A DNA stretch of 64,000 nt from Octopus vulgaris (lineage: Eukaryota). The DNA is taken from contig OX597821.1 of NCBI GenBank assembly GCA_951406725.2, positions 85,126,001 to 85,190,000 on the forward strand. The letters run 5' to 3'. The translations under genes were made by a program, and so were the position numbers. The notes beneath the pieces were generated by a model. The model saw nothing but the letters and a program-made list of their open reading frames with translations, had not been told where the DNA came from and did not search any database. Positions within the stretch are counted from its first letter, which is position 1. Each line of letters opens with the position of its first letter. This document shows, piece by piece, positions 13,527-25,971 of this stretch.

Positions 13527-14320
13527 GCCTTTACGCAGCTTCTAACGCTGGAGATGTACTACGGTGTCAGCTGTTCACTACCAGTGAACTAAGGTAACAC
13601 CTCTTATTTTTCGAGCACCTTCCGGAGTATTCGAGCGGTTCCAAGCAGTGCTGTTTTCTGAAAGTGCTCCACCCTTATTGCAGCCCCTATTTGTTCCATG
13701 TACTTCTCAAGATTTTTACTCACTGTCCCCAGGACTCCAACAATTCTTGGTACTACTACCACCTTTTTCATCGACCACAACAGCTTAACCTCCCAAGGTA
13801 ACCTGTCATATCTATCGACTTTTCTTTCTTCCTTATCGCATACCTTGTTATCAGCTGGGCATGCTATATCTATGATCCAGCATAGTTTGTTTTCTTTCTC
13901 AATTAAGACTATGCCTTGCTTCCTATTCTCTATCTTATGGTCGCACTGAACCATAAAATCCCATAGGATCTTTGCATTATTATTTTCGATGATACCTTCA
14001 GGTTTGTAGTCGTACCAATTTTTTGCTCTATTAAGTCCATACTTGTTGCAAAGTGTCCAGTGGACAAGCCTTGCTATATTGCCGTGGCGTCTCTTAAATT
14101 CCTTCTGGGCTAGTGGCGTACATTGGCTAGCAATATGCCATACGGTTTCACCATTTTGTTCACAGATTCTGCACTTATCACTTTCTAGTTTGTTGTGTAT
14201 TCTGCATTTTATGTAGTTTGTTCTTAATGCTTGCTCTTGGGCAGCACAGATTAGAGTCTCTGTTTCCAGTTCTAAATCACTTTTAGTCATCCACAGCCAC
14301 CTTTTTGTGAATAATTTGAT
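13471..14320 (-). mobile_element. 3' fragment of an RLE-type non-LTR retrotransposon (R4/Dong-like) ending in (TAA)n
   Basis: ORF 13604-14365 has ETETLICAAQEQAL (RT C-terminus), CCHC knuckle CRIC-x8-H-x4-C, RRH, ILWDF, a degenerate PD motif (RKQGIV), IDIACP and K..RY. A ~78-nt 3' UTR is followed by (TAA)n at 13471-13525. Confidence 0.85.
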
Positions 14321-14799
14321 TGCTATTTCTTGCATGTTAAGCGACCAAATAAACACCCCCTTCAAAGCTCATAGTTATAAATTATAAGTAAACATTGATT
14401 TTTTTTTTTTTTTTCGTAATTTGGACTTGTTATTTTCTGAGAAAGAAAATATGGACGTCGCTAAGATAAACACGCATGAACTATTTATTGTTTAATGAAG
14501 ACGAAATTCTAAAATCATTCAAGAGTATGTGTAATGAAAGATGTTTCAATGAAACCTTTCACAAGAATTTCTTGCTATACATTTCAAAACAGTTTTCGTG
14601 TTTTATTGTAACTTATAGGTAATTTTAAACCCGAATGGCATACGACGTTCATTGTATGTTTATAACACCAAATATGGGGACTGTCTAAGTGGTGAGGTGT
14701 TTTAAACTCCCTTGTATACAGTGGTAGGATCTCGTAGTCCGAGACGATTCTGCAGTTCCTTGCTGAAGAAACTGCACAAATGACTGTTTATAGTGATCA

Positions 14800-15139
14800 A
14801 ATGAATGTACTGTCCATTAGCTTATTCCCTCCATCAAATCGGTGTTACCTGAACAGGTGCACTGCGTACCACACGTCAGGTGTCGAAGTGATCGCAGAGC
14901 AACGTAAAATTAAGTGTTTTGCTCAAGAACAGAACGCACCACCCGATCCAGGAATTGAAACTACCATCTCGCGGTCCTGAGTGCAACATCCTAACCACTA
15001 GACCATGATGCGCCATTATACATACATACATACATACATAAATACATACATACATACATACATACATGCATGCATGCATGCATACATACATACATGCATG
15101 CATGCATGCATGCATGCATACATACATACATACATACAT

Positions 15140-15186
<47 letters not shown>

Positions 15187-15200
15187 TACAGACAGACATA
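14800..15200 (-). mobile_element. Diverged tRNA-headed SINE next to a (TACA)/(TGCA)/(GACA) array
   Basis: Minus strand TGGTCTAGTGGTTAGGATGTTGCACTCA...GTTTCAATTCC (A/B boxes) at about 14940-15006; microsatellite 15017-15200. Confidence 0.55.
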
Positions 15201-16508
15201 GGAACACCGAAAAGAGAAATATGAACATGCCATGCGCATGTGCACACTAGATTCGGAAAACGGCAGAGAATAATAAAAACGAAATGCGCATGTCACATCT
15301 CACATTGTCTCGCTATTTTTGTTATGCAGGTAACACCATGTTTCCAGATCCGATTTATTAAATTTTCTTTGCGTTAGCAGAGAAAAGTTATTTGTCTTGT
15401 TACAGACGTCCTAGTGTAATCTGAAGCGAAATTAGCTGCTGTTTCTTGCGGGTGGAGTAGCCACTTAGATGCTTCTTCACTGGAATGTAGGAAACGAATA
15501 AAGGTATCAAGTGAAGTCAGGTTTTGTGTCTTTACCCATTTGATATGAAAAGCTGTCATCAATTTAATTTAATAACAGTTTATGCTGCTAAAAGATATGC
15601 ACGCGTACGTTTGTGTGTGTGTGCAGTTAGCTAAACTATTGCAAAAGGTCGACTAGCCATGGTGAGTCGCCATCTTTTCTAGTTCTTCAAAATGCTTAAG
15701 CTTTATGCCTATCTCCTATGTGTCAGTGTTTTACTGACAGCATGACAGAATGTTTTCGATCAGCTAGGGTTGCCAACTTATTTCATTTTCCATTTTGAAC
15801 AGCTTCGTTTCACTTACATCAATGATGCCTTTGGGAAATGCACGAATCTACAACTTTCTTCAGCTCTAAAAGTTTTCCCAGTCTTAAAAACTTCGAGCTC
15901 CATGCGTGCGTATGAACAAAAATGTCTTCGGGGTAAATTGTTAATTTCATTTCTTAGCAGTTGGCCCTATATTCTGAAGTTGTGTGCCGTGGCAAGCATG
16001 GTTAGTTTCCGTCTTGCAGTAGTGCAATTTACTATATAAAACTTCTAGCAGTGTAAACTGCTATTAAATTGAATTGTCAAAACCTATCCGTATTCGTAAG
16101 AGAGAAAAGATACAAAGCCTGATAGCTTCAGATAAAATAAGTTTACAAAATAATAAATTTTTAACAAAATTATTTTGACAACTGATTTTTACACAAACTG
16201 CAATGCTGTTGATTTTCATGTGATGGTGAGTTGCGAGCGTTCATACTTTTCCCAGTGAATTTTTCAATAAAAATAAAGCGAGTCTTGGCAGGAACTGGGT
16301 GGGACCAAGTAGCGTAAAGGATTCGTCGAAAACTCACCATAATATGTAGTGTAAGAGATAAGGAAAAGTATAAACATCACAACATTCGTTTCTGTTTCTT
16401 ATCATCTCTTCTTGGTTACCGTTGATTAAAAACAATCGCTGAAAAAGGACATTTAAAATTTTCCATATCTCTTCTGATTATGAAAATGAGATTTTGGTTT
16501 ATTTGTAA

Positions 16509-16802
16509 CTAGCAGTATCGCCCGGCGTTGCTCGGGTTTGTAAGGGAAATAACTATATAAGCATTTTTAGAGAGATATAGCCAAAAAAGCCAAAAAATGC
16601 ATTAAAATGGAAAAAAATGATGGTAAATCTTTTTTTAAATCGTAGACTCATCGTAGACGCGCGCTAATACCCAGAAGGGCTCGATATGAATCACGACTAT
16701 AAGATACCCGGTTTTGGTTAAACTGCACCGCAAAATGTGGGAGTAGTTAGGAATCTAAATCGTAGGAGACAGACAGCACAACCTTACTTTTATATATAAA
16801 GA
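16509..16802 (-). mobile_element. Non-autonomous Helitron
   Basis: Minus strand starts TC(TTTATATATAAAAG) and ends CCCGAGCAACGCCGGG hairpin...CTAG. Inserted between A and T with no TSD; second copy at 35597-35992. Confidence 0.85.
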
Positions 16803-17872
16803 TTTCTCTGTTTAAAAATTAACTAACTTGGCCAAACACAGAGATCTCCGCAAGGAGATAGCTTATCTCATCCATAATAATTTGCTTTTTTATGACTTAG
16901 AAGAAGGGCAATGCTTATTACCATTTTGCAGAGCCTTTGAAACTGGTAGGAAGAAAAGTAGGAATAAACCACGAGTCTCTGGTATCCTCAACTCAGACAC
17001 TCGATCTGAATACTTGCATCAGAGTGGATTATGCTAAAGATACATAACGAGAAGTGGTTGTATTAAACCGAGTAACGGATTAAGTCTTCCACCCAAGAAC
17101 TATTAAATTTATCCGACAGGCTTTTATCACGGTATCCGTTTACTCAGTTTCACTAACAAAGGTTGCGCCGGCCTGAGCCGGTAGTAGAACCCAGAAGCAT
17201 ATGATTACGGGAACTACTTAATTACAAGGTCATGAACAGGAACTGTCATTCTTGAAATGAAAAGTATTCCAGGACAGTCGAATCAAAAATGGCAGCAACA
17301 ACAAATCTGACAAATATTTTCTATCATCAAGGTGCCCCAGCTTGGCTGCGGCCTTCGGGCTAAAACATTTTTAGGGATTTAAGGATTTAAGGTAATGCTT
17401 TAAGAATAACATCTTTTTCATTATCTGTCAAAGAGAAAAGAAAGAGATCTTTGAAATTGTCTTATTTTATATGCATATCCTGATTCTCTATGCAGTTTAT
17501 GCATGAAACTTCCCAAGAAGGATGTTTTCCGTTGTTATCTTAAATAACTTCCTCATTTATACTAATTGCTCTCTCATGACAAGAGAAACAAGAAGTAATT
17601 TTGTTTTTATCTTATCTATAAGCGAACACTGATCTCACCGGTAAATTTTCAGTAACTGATCTATGTAATGTTTGTTTGTAGTCACAGACGAGCTTTATCT
17701 AGCAGCAAACCTTATGAGATAGTATTCGTTATAAATCAGAACCGAAACAATATTTTAGGAAGCATTAAATGTTACAAAAAATGTAATTATACTTGATCAA
17801 GTGAAAGCATGACTGAATGACAGACAGAAAGGCAGCAGGTTGTTTAAAGTAACTAAGACAAAAATTTAGTAA

Positions 17873-18076
17873 GCAGGAGTGGCTGTGTGGTAAGTAGCTT
17901 GCTAACCAACCACATGGTTCCGGGTTCAGTCCCACTGCGTGGCACCTTGGGCAAGTGTCTTCTACTATAGCCTCAGGTGACCAAAGCCTTATAAGTGGAT
18001 TTGGTAGGCGGAAACTGAAAGAAGCCTGTCGTATATATATATGTGTGTGTATGTGTCTGTGTTTGTCCCTCTAGCA
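17873..18076 (+). mobile_element. SINE family A, 3'-truncated
   Basis: Head nearly identical to the 449 copy. Confidence 0.85.
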
Positions 18077-18597
18077 TATAGAAATGAACAATAATAATAT
18101 TAATTGAGGGTATAAACCCAAACGTAAGTGAATTACCAGTGAATGAATAATGTACTCCATACAGTAAAATATAAACAAAACTGCTACAATTGATTGTAAT
18201 ATGAATGAACATTTTATAAACCCCAATTCAACTGTAATAACAGTAGAGGTGATTATAAGGCCAAAATTGTTGGTCATCTATAATAATAAATGCCAGCACG
18301 AATTTCTGTGTGTCAGTGTGTCACACTTTGACCCCCTTCCTCACTATTCAATGACACTTCTACTATTCCTCATGTTGGAGTGAGAGTAATAGTAGGCATA
18401 GAGACGGTGAGGGCAGTAGTAGATTGACAGTTGAGATGGTAATGGGGTGATAGTAATAGTATGAGCTGTAGTTGTGATAGAGGCGGAGGCGACGGTGATG
18501 GTGGTGTGGTGGTGGTGGTGGTGGTTTCATAAAAGTTTTTCATAAAAGTTTTAGATGTGAATAAATCTCCACTCTCCTCTTCGTTTTCAATTATATG

Positions 18598-18654
<57 letters not shown>

Positions 18655-18656
<2 letters not shown>

Positions 18657-18850
18657 CTTTCTACTATAAACACAAGGTTTGAAAGTATGGTGGAAGGTTT
18701 AATCAGTTACAGTACTTAACTGGTACTTATTTCATCGACCCCCTAAATAATTAAAGGCAAAGTCGACCTCGGCGGAATTTGAACATAGAACGCAAAGACG
18801 GACAAAATGCCACTTAGCATTTTGCCCAGCGTGCTAGCGATTCTGCCGGC
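18655..18850 (-). mobile_element. SINE family B flanked by (TA)n and (CA)n
   Basis: Reverse complement of SINE B (AAGGCAAAGTCGACCTCGGCGGAATTTGAAC). Confidence 0.8.
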
Positions 18851-18860
18851 ACGTCGCATG

Positions 18861-18933
<73 letters not shown>

Positions 18934-20589
18934 ACGCGCACGCGCGCACATTGTAATATTATATACGTATTAAAATATAATCTATAATATCTGCATAATA
19001 CTATATAATCATTTAATGTCCTTTTCCCATACTGGCGTGGTTTGGTGGGTTTGACAGAATCCGACGGGGCTAAGAACTGCATAAGGTTCCACTGATTACT
19101 TTAGTATGGTTTCTACGGCTCGTTACTGTTCCTCATATCAGTCGCTTTACAGCATGTACTAAGAATTTTTATCGTACTACCAGTACTAATGCTTGCAAGA
19201 CTTCGAAACCCCAAGAGATGCAGTTTTACGCTAAAAGACGAGGCGGTTAAAGTTTAGAGAAGAGGCCAGGGCAAAACAATATTCTTGCTGTAAAGGTACC
19301 ACATGGCTACTCAAATTGTGAAAGAGAGGACGAAGGGATTTTCGGTGGAGATCGGAGGAAGTGATGATAAAATATTGGTGATGAGACTTTTGTGTGAAGC
19401 CTCAAGAAACAAGGTGAGTAGAGGTGAATGGAGAGAGAAGAACCGAGAGTGTGAGCGGACGGTTGTTACAAGAGTGTATGAAAGAGTAAGCAATGGTTAG
19501 AATTGGGGAATGGGCGACAGGGCGAATATAATGAAGGACGAATGTTGAACGGATGATAAGAAGTAGGGGAGATGAGGAAGGGTAGTTGACGACTGTAGAG
19601 ATTGGATAACATTATGGGATGGATGTAGCAAATGGTGGACAAAAGGTGGGGTCACCAATGTTGCATGGGGCTAGAGAGTAGAATAGTAATGACAATACAA
19701 TTAACAATGGAAGGATGAGAGAAGAGAGAGAAAGAGAGAAAGAGAGAGAGACAGACAGACAGAAGCAGACAAACAGACAGACAGATAGACAGACAGGTCG
19801 GTTACAAGAGCGTAGGAAAAGGAGAGGTAGTGCATGGGTGGAGTGCGGGGCATTTCTTGGCGAGGAAGGTGAGTTGTTATGGTGGGTCAGGATAGTGGTC
19901 GGTGATGGTCAATGTGCAATGAAGAAACAGTATTAAAGATGAGAGACAGATATCGAGTGAAATGTTTCTGGGTATTGAGAAAGGTAAGTGGTATCGAGAT
20001 GAAGGCTGGTGAGGTTGTCGAGAGGTTAGGGACTGGGCAATGGGCCTAGTTGTGCATATACATACATACATACATACATACATACATACATACATACATA
20101 CATACATACATACATACATACATACATACATACATACATACGCAGCCGCCGGAACTGTCAATGATATGTAGAATTCCGGTGTCTTTTCAGGTGATTCTCA
20201 TCTGTCAATGATATAAATACGAGTCTCTTTATGCACCACGATTCCATATGAAGGGTTCTCTCTGGGTTAAAAACGCAGTATTTGGTGTTCTAACGAAACA
20301 GCCACGTTAAGTTGAACTTAAAACTATTTGTTGGTGTTAGTATTAGTTCTCTTGCTATTAATTAATTATTCTTTAATAATCGAAAGTGAAATTTGGTTGT
20401 TATATTACTACCGGATGTCTTCCATTGAGGAACCTCAAACAAGTCGAAACCACTTTTCTGGTAGCAGACGGTTCTCGTCTGTCTATGATATAAAAACGAG
20501 TTCTTTTATACATGGCGAGTTTATATGAGAGGTTCTCTCGGGGTTAATAACGCGGTATTCGGTGTTCTAACAAAATTAGTTATATATAT

Positions 20590-21140
20590 AAGGAGTGGCT
20601 ATGTAGTAAGAAGCTTGCTTCTCAACCACGTGGTTCCGAGTTCAGTCCCACTGCGTGGCACCATGGGCAAATGTTTTCTACTGTATCCTCCGGCCGACCA
20701 AAGCCTTGTGAATGTATTTGGTAGACGGAAACTCAAAGAATCCCGTCGCATATATATATATAGTTAATCCAAACAAGAAAACAAAAAGACAACAATGCAA
20801 GGACGTGGAACAAATAAAGTATTATTGGACGCTCATATATATACATACATACATACATACATACATACATACATACATACATACATACATACATACATAC
20901 ATACATACATACATACGTATGTATACATATATACGTATGTATGCATTTGTGTCTGTGTTTGTCCCCCACCACCATTGTTTGATATCGATGTTGGTGTGTT
21001 TACGCCTACGTAACTCAGTGGTTCGGCAAAAGAGAACGTTAGAATAAGTACTAGGCTTACAAAGAATAAGCCCTGGGGTCGATTTGTTCGACTAAAGGTG
21101 ATGCCGCAATCAACTGAAACAAGATAAAGAATAAAAGAAC
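20590..21140 (+). mobile_element. SINE family A with nested insertion and (TACA)n
   Basis: SINE A head and tail; 20763-20834 is an inverted fragment of the element at 23790-24017. Confidence 0.75.
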
Positions 21141-21149
21141 ATATATATG

Positions 21150-21196
<47 letters not shown>

Positions 21197-22460
21197 TCAC
21201 ACTACCAGATGTTATGACCTACATCACATTGTATTATTTCTTCCTTTCTTATGGACAGAATCGCACACGAGGAGTATGAAGCAAGCAGCTCTTCTTTATA
21301 AACATGTTTTTCGTCATTTTCTGATGAACAACGCTGCAGATTCTGTCTACCAAAATCAGTCACAAGTCTCTGGTTGGCCTAAGGCTATAGTAGAAAACAC
21401 TTGCCCAAAGTACCGTGCAGAGGTATTGAACGTGGAACCATATGGTTGGGAAGCAAACTTCTCAACCACACAGTCATTCTTGCACCTAATACATGTGTGT
21501 GTGCGTGTGTGTGTGTGTGTGTGTTTACATTTGTTATTAAATCGAGTATTGTGTCCCATTATGTCTCAAAGTTAGCAGTTCATCAAACAGAAATCTATAA
21601 AATAAATGCCAGACTGAAATATGTACTGAGGTCAATATGATCGATTAAATTTTTGAAAGTGATACCACATCATGGCAACCGTCGAAAGACTAAACCCAGT
21701 CAAATGTTTAAAGACTTAATGGCTTCAAATTTAAGGTAATGGATTACTAACCACAAGATAATGAGTTCAAAACTTCGTATTTAACTTACACTCCATACGA
21801 TAACACTATATGTACATCTCGGTCTACTTGGCTTCCAACAATTAACAATTGTAATTTGAAGCTGAATGGTTAACACTAAGAAAGATGTCCAGATTTCTTT
21901 AAAATTATTGTTCAAAATATTCTGAGAAATAGTAGTTTTTTCTGCACTACAGAACACACAGACACACACTCAGAAGTGTGTCTCTGCTAACTTGAGCTAC
22001 TACAGATAGCAGATAAATCTCTCTTAAAATACACCCTTTCATCAAAAGAAAGATTTACAGTATTTCAGAAAAACTATGAGACGGGTCTGCTAAACAAAAC
22101 ACAAGCAAACATACTTCACATTAAATGATTATCTACTAAATAATATTAATAAAGTTGACAGTATATCTCCGAAATTTCATTCCTTGGGAAAATTCCATGT
22201 ATTTTAACATTTTCTCTAAGACATAGATTGTTCAGGCAGAGTTGCCTCCCTTAGCTTAAGACCTCAAAGTTGTGCGACTCGACCTCGTTACGAGGTTATT
22301 TTTGTAATAAAAAAGAAAAGCTGTGCAAAAAACATACTTTATTTGGTAGACCAAAGATTACTGAGTCTTTTGATACCTCATACGTCAAAATCGGCAACTT
22401 CGTTTTCGAATCCACAAGGAACATACGCAGTCTCACACACATGCACATACACACAAACTC

Positions 22461-22512
<52 letters not shown>

Positions 22513-22514
<2 letters not shown>

Positions 22515-22670
22515 GACGGGCTTCTTTCCTCTTCGCTATGTGACATCCACTCACAAGGTATTGGTTTGTTTGAGACCACATTAGAAGACACTTGACCAAG
22601 GTGTCACACAATGGGACTGAACCCGGAACCATGTGGTTGGGAAGCAAGCTTCTTACCACACGACTACACC
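22513..22670 (-). mobile_element. SINE family A 5' part
   Basis: Reverse-complement head adjoining (TA)n; a similar diverged copy lies at about 21340-21485. Confidence 0.75.
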
Positions 22671-23390
22671 TGTGTGTGTGTCTGTTTAGATGTGTGCGTG
22701 TTTGTGTGTGTGCCTGTACTGTATGTGCATGAAGGCTTGTGACCTTGTATTTAAGGTGCTGCGTTGCTTTCTTGTGCAAAACACTTCATTTCACATTGTT
22801 CCAGTCAATTCCCCGCGTTGGACTGGCGTTCGTTTCAAGCAGAATGTTGGCCCGCCTGCCTGCTTGGCCAGTGGGATGGCATCATTCGAAAGCTACTATA
22901 ATGTGAAGAAGTGCATTGTAACCAGCAGTGTATAACAACGACCGATAGGCCAGTCGATACAGTGATATGTGTGTGTGTGCGTGTGTACGAGTATGTGTAT
23001 GTGTGTGCGTTTTACTATATGTATGTATGTATGTATGTATGAGTGTGTGTGTGTGTAGTACGAGACTGAAATTGCATGCTACGTCAAAGTTTCACCAGAT
23101 GAACTGCATAGCAATGTCTAGGTCAGACCAGTAATTCAGAGGATGACTGGGTATAGCTTATCAGTATAAATTCCAACTGCCAACGTGGCTCTGAATTAAA
23201 AGTATGACCTCTGCAATTCAACTCGTGATACTTTAATGTAGCACACTGTTTCTATTTTGTAGTGTATGTATCTATGTAATACAATTATTCTACATTGTGT
23301 TGAGTCTCTCTTACTTCCTGTAGATAAAGATTACAGTATAATATAGTGTGCGTGTGTGTATATATATATATAAATATATTATATATATAT

Positions 23391-23448
<58 letters not shown>

Positions 23449-23452
<4 letters not shown>

Positions 23453-23750
23453 AGGCTCAATGGTCCAATGGTTAGGGCAGCGGCCATAGGATCGCGGTTT
23501 CGATTCCCAGACCAGACGTTGTGAGTGTTTATTGAGTGAAAACACCTAAAACTCCACGAGGCTCCGGCAGGAGTTGGTGGCGACCCCTGCTGTACTCTTT
23601 CGCCACAACTTTATCTCACGCTTTCTTCTGTTGGATCTGCTCGCTTAGCCAGCGGGGTGGCGTCATTTGAAGGCTAAAAAAACAATGCGAAGCGCATTGT
23701 GACCAGCGATGTGTAGCAACATCTGATAGTCTGGTCGGTCACGGTGATCA
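23449..23750 (+). mobile_element. tRNA-derived SINE, family C
   Basis: TGGTCCAATGGTTAGGGC A box and GGTTTCGATTCCC B box; 3' part similar to about 22860-22960. Confidence 0.65.
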
Positions 23751-23754
23751 CGGT

Positions 23755-23789
<35 letters not shown>

Positions 23790-23791
<2 letters not shown>

Positions 23792-24013
23792 TTTCAATAT
23801 GTGACCTCGTGAGTACCGCTGGCGATTTTTTTCCTCTGTCTTCCCTTCTCTGGATCTTTCCTTCTCCTATGTTTCCGACGAAGAGCTCCGCTTGAAACGT
23901 TAAACCCTCCTTCTTTCCTTCTTTCCTGAGCGTCCAATAATACTTTATTTGTTCCACGTCCTCGCGTTGTTGTGTTTCTTTTTTGTTTTTTTTGTGTTTT
24001 CTTGTTTGGATTA

Positions 24014-24017
<4 letters not shown>
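23790..24017 (+). mobile_element. Short element within (TA)n carrying a variant hammerhead-like motif (23871-23905)
   Basis: GUUU-CCGACGA-A-GAGC[UCC]GCUU-GAAA-CG-UU-AAAC; (TA)n on both sides. Confidence 0.55.
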
Positions 24018-24070
<53 letters not shown>

Positions 24071-24134
24071 CTACTGGGGTGTCCCAGCATTGCCGCAGTC
24101 TAATGACTGAAACAAGTACAAAAATATTTTTTAA

Positions 24135-24219
24135 AAATGGGCAAATGTCTTCTGCTTTAGACTCGGGCCGACCCAAGCCTTGTGAGTGGATTTGGTAGAC
24201 GGAAACTGAAAGAAGCCTG

Positions 24220-24253
<34 letters not shown>

Positions 24254-24445
24254 CTGCGCGTGTTTGTCCCCACCACCACCAGCACCGCTTGACGACCGTT
24301 ATCTAGTGGTTCGGTAAAAGAGACCGATAGAATAAATACCAGGCTTTTAAAAAAGGCCTGGGGTCGATTTGTTCGACTAAAAACCATTTAAGGCGGTGCT
24401 ACAGCATGGCCGCAGTCAAATGACTGAAATAAGTAAAATGATAAA
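24135..24445 (+). mobile_element. SINE family A, 5'-truncated
   Basis: Body and tail match family A; internal (TG)n. Confidence 0.8.
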
Positions 24446-24499
24446 AGATATATAATATACTCACACAATCATATACACATATAAATACACACGCAAAAA

Positions 24500-24920
24500 T
24501 GTGTATATATGTATGTGTTTATGTATGTATGTATGTATGTATGTATGTATGTATTCATGTATGTATGTATGTATTCATGTATGTATGTATGTATTCATGT
24601 ATGTATGTATGTATGTATTCATGTATGTATGTATGTATGTATTCATGTATGTATGTATGTATTCATGTATGTATGTATTCATGTATGTATGTATGTATTC
24701 ATGTATGTATGTATGTATTCATGTATGTATGTATGTATTCATGTATGTATGTATGTATTCATGTATGTATGTATGTATGTATGTATGTATTCATGTATGT
24801 ATGTATGTATGTATGTATTCATGTATGTATGTATGTATTCATGTATGTATGTATGTATTCATGTATGTATGTATGTATTCATGTATGTATGTATGTATGT
24901 ATGTGTGTATGTGTGTATGC
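24500..24920. repeat. (ATGT)n array with periodic TTCA interruptions
   Basis: GTATTC variant recurs roughly every 16-32 bp. Confidence 0.95.
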
Positions 24921-25029
24921 ATGTACGTGCGTGTATCATTGAAATTATATTAATTCATAATTTATTGATATTTATTACATGTGTATTTGTGTTTGTGTAT
25001 GCATGTGTAAAATAATGTATACAAGTATT

Positions 25030-25535
25030 TACTAGGAGAAACAGAGGGAGGGAGCGGAATGAAAAAGGTCGAGAAAGCGGCAGTGTACCAGAAGTGACCG
25101 ATGCAGAGAAGGGAGATTGTAGAGTGTTATAAGTGAGATAAGGAGGGACATCTGAATTGGGAGAAGAAAAGCCGAATTATTATAAAGAGAGAGAGAGAGG
25201 GGGGAAGAGAGAGAGGGAAGGAAAGGGAGAAAGAGTGAGAGGAAGGAGGGAAAGAGAGAGAAGAGGAAATTTTAAAGTCTAAGATCAAAGTAGAGAGAGA
25301 GAGAGTGTGTGTATGTGTGTGTGTGTGTTTAAGAGAGACCGGAAGAGAGAAAAACGAGGAAGCTAGAGAGAGAGAGAAATGTAGAAAGACATAAAGAGAA
25401 AAAAAAAATGAGGAAGAACACAATGGGATAAAGAGAGAGAGGACAGACAGCTAATGAGATAAGAGAGTCGGTGGGGAAAGACTGTCGAGGGAGATAAAGA
25501 AAGAAAAGGAGTAAGTGAGAAAGAGAGAAAAGTAG
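25030..25535. repeat. GA-rich polypurine tract upstream of the ODC promoter
   Basis: (GA)n and GGGA-rich low-complexity sequence. Confidence 0.8.
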
Positions 25536-25762
25536 CACATTATTACATACATAACCACGCTTATAGTCTCGTAGTGCAATGCATCGTAAGCTTTTAATTT
25601 CTTTTACGATTACTTTTACCTGTTAGAACTTTTATCAGCATTCTCTCGTTTTAATATTTTTCTAAATTTCTCTCAGATCTATGTTTTAATCTCCTACACC
25701 CCCCGCTAAATCACTTTGTTCTTCCGCTAGACTACTCACATTTGTATACATGCGCGGCGTCG

Positions 25763-25800
25763 TATATAAGATTTTCCATGACCTGTGCGCAGCCTATTTC
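25763..25800 (+). promoter_or_regulatory. Putative core promoter of ODC (TATA box plus initiator)
   Basis: TATATAAG at 25763-25770 in a locally CpG-rich patch (TGCGCGGCGTCG). CTATTTC at 25794-25800 fits the Inr consensus YYANWYY with A at 25796, about 31-33 nt downstream. Lies directly upstream of the uORF-bearing exon. Confidence 0.6.
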
Positions 25801-25891
25801 ACCGGTGTCACACACTGATAGGAAGTCGAAGGCAAATCAATTACGCTTTTCTTTCTTACGCCGGTGTCTCAACTCTTCCTTTGGCTGTATT

Positions 25892-25908
25892 ATGCTTTAA
25901 TGTGTTAG
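25892..25908 (+). promoter_or_regulatory. Two overlapping minimal AUG uORFs: ATG CTT TAA (ML*) and ATG TGT TAG (MC*)
   Basis: Sequence ATGCTTTAATGTGTTAG; the last A of TAA (25900) is the A of the second ATG. These are the only AUGs in the inferred spliced leader. Confidence 0.55.
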
Positions 25909-25923
25909 TCCACAATCGGCAAG

Positions 25924-25971
25924 ATTCCGGGGAAAAACAGTAAGGAGAACGGTTGTGGAGCTTCTGTTCAG
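25924..25971 (+). CDS. AUU-initiated regulatory uORF (uCC), part 1: (I/M)PGKNSKENGCGASVQ
   Basis: AAG ATT CCG has A at -3 and resembles the AUU-CCG start of AZIN1-type uCCs. 16 open codons end exactly at a GT donor in phase 0. Confidence 0.75.

Larger units (their letters stand above)
25796..25971 (+). other. ODC1: ODC leader exon 1 (start inferred)
   Basis: Ends at donor CAG|GTAAAT (25972). Splices in phase 0 to 42863 to give an open uORF. The 5' end is inferred from TATA/Inr only. Confidence 0.7.

Noticed and set aside
13604-14365. 253-aa ORF as a host gene
   Set aside because: Motifs are those of a 5'-truncated RLE retrotransposon; the listed N-terminus runs into flanking DNA.
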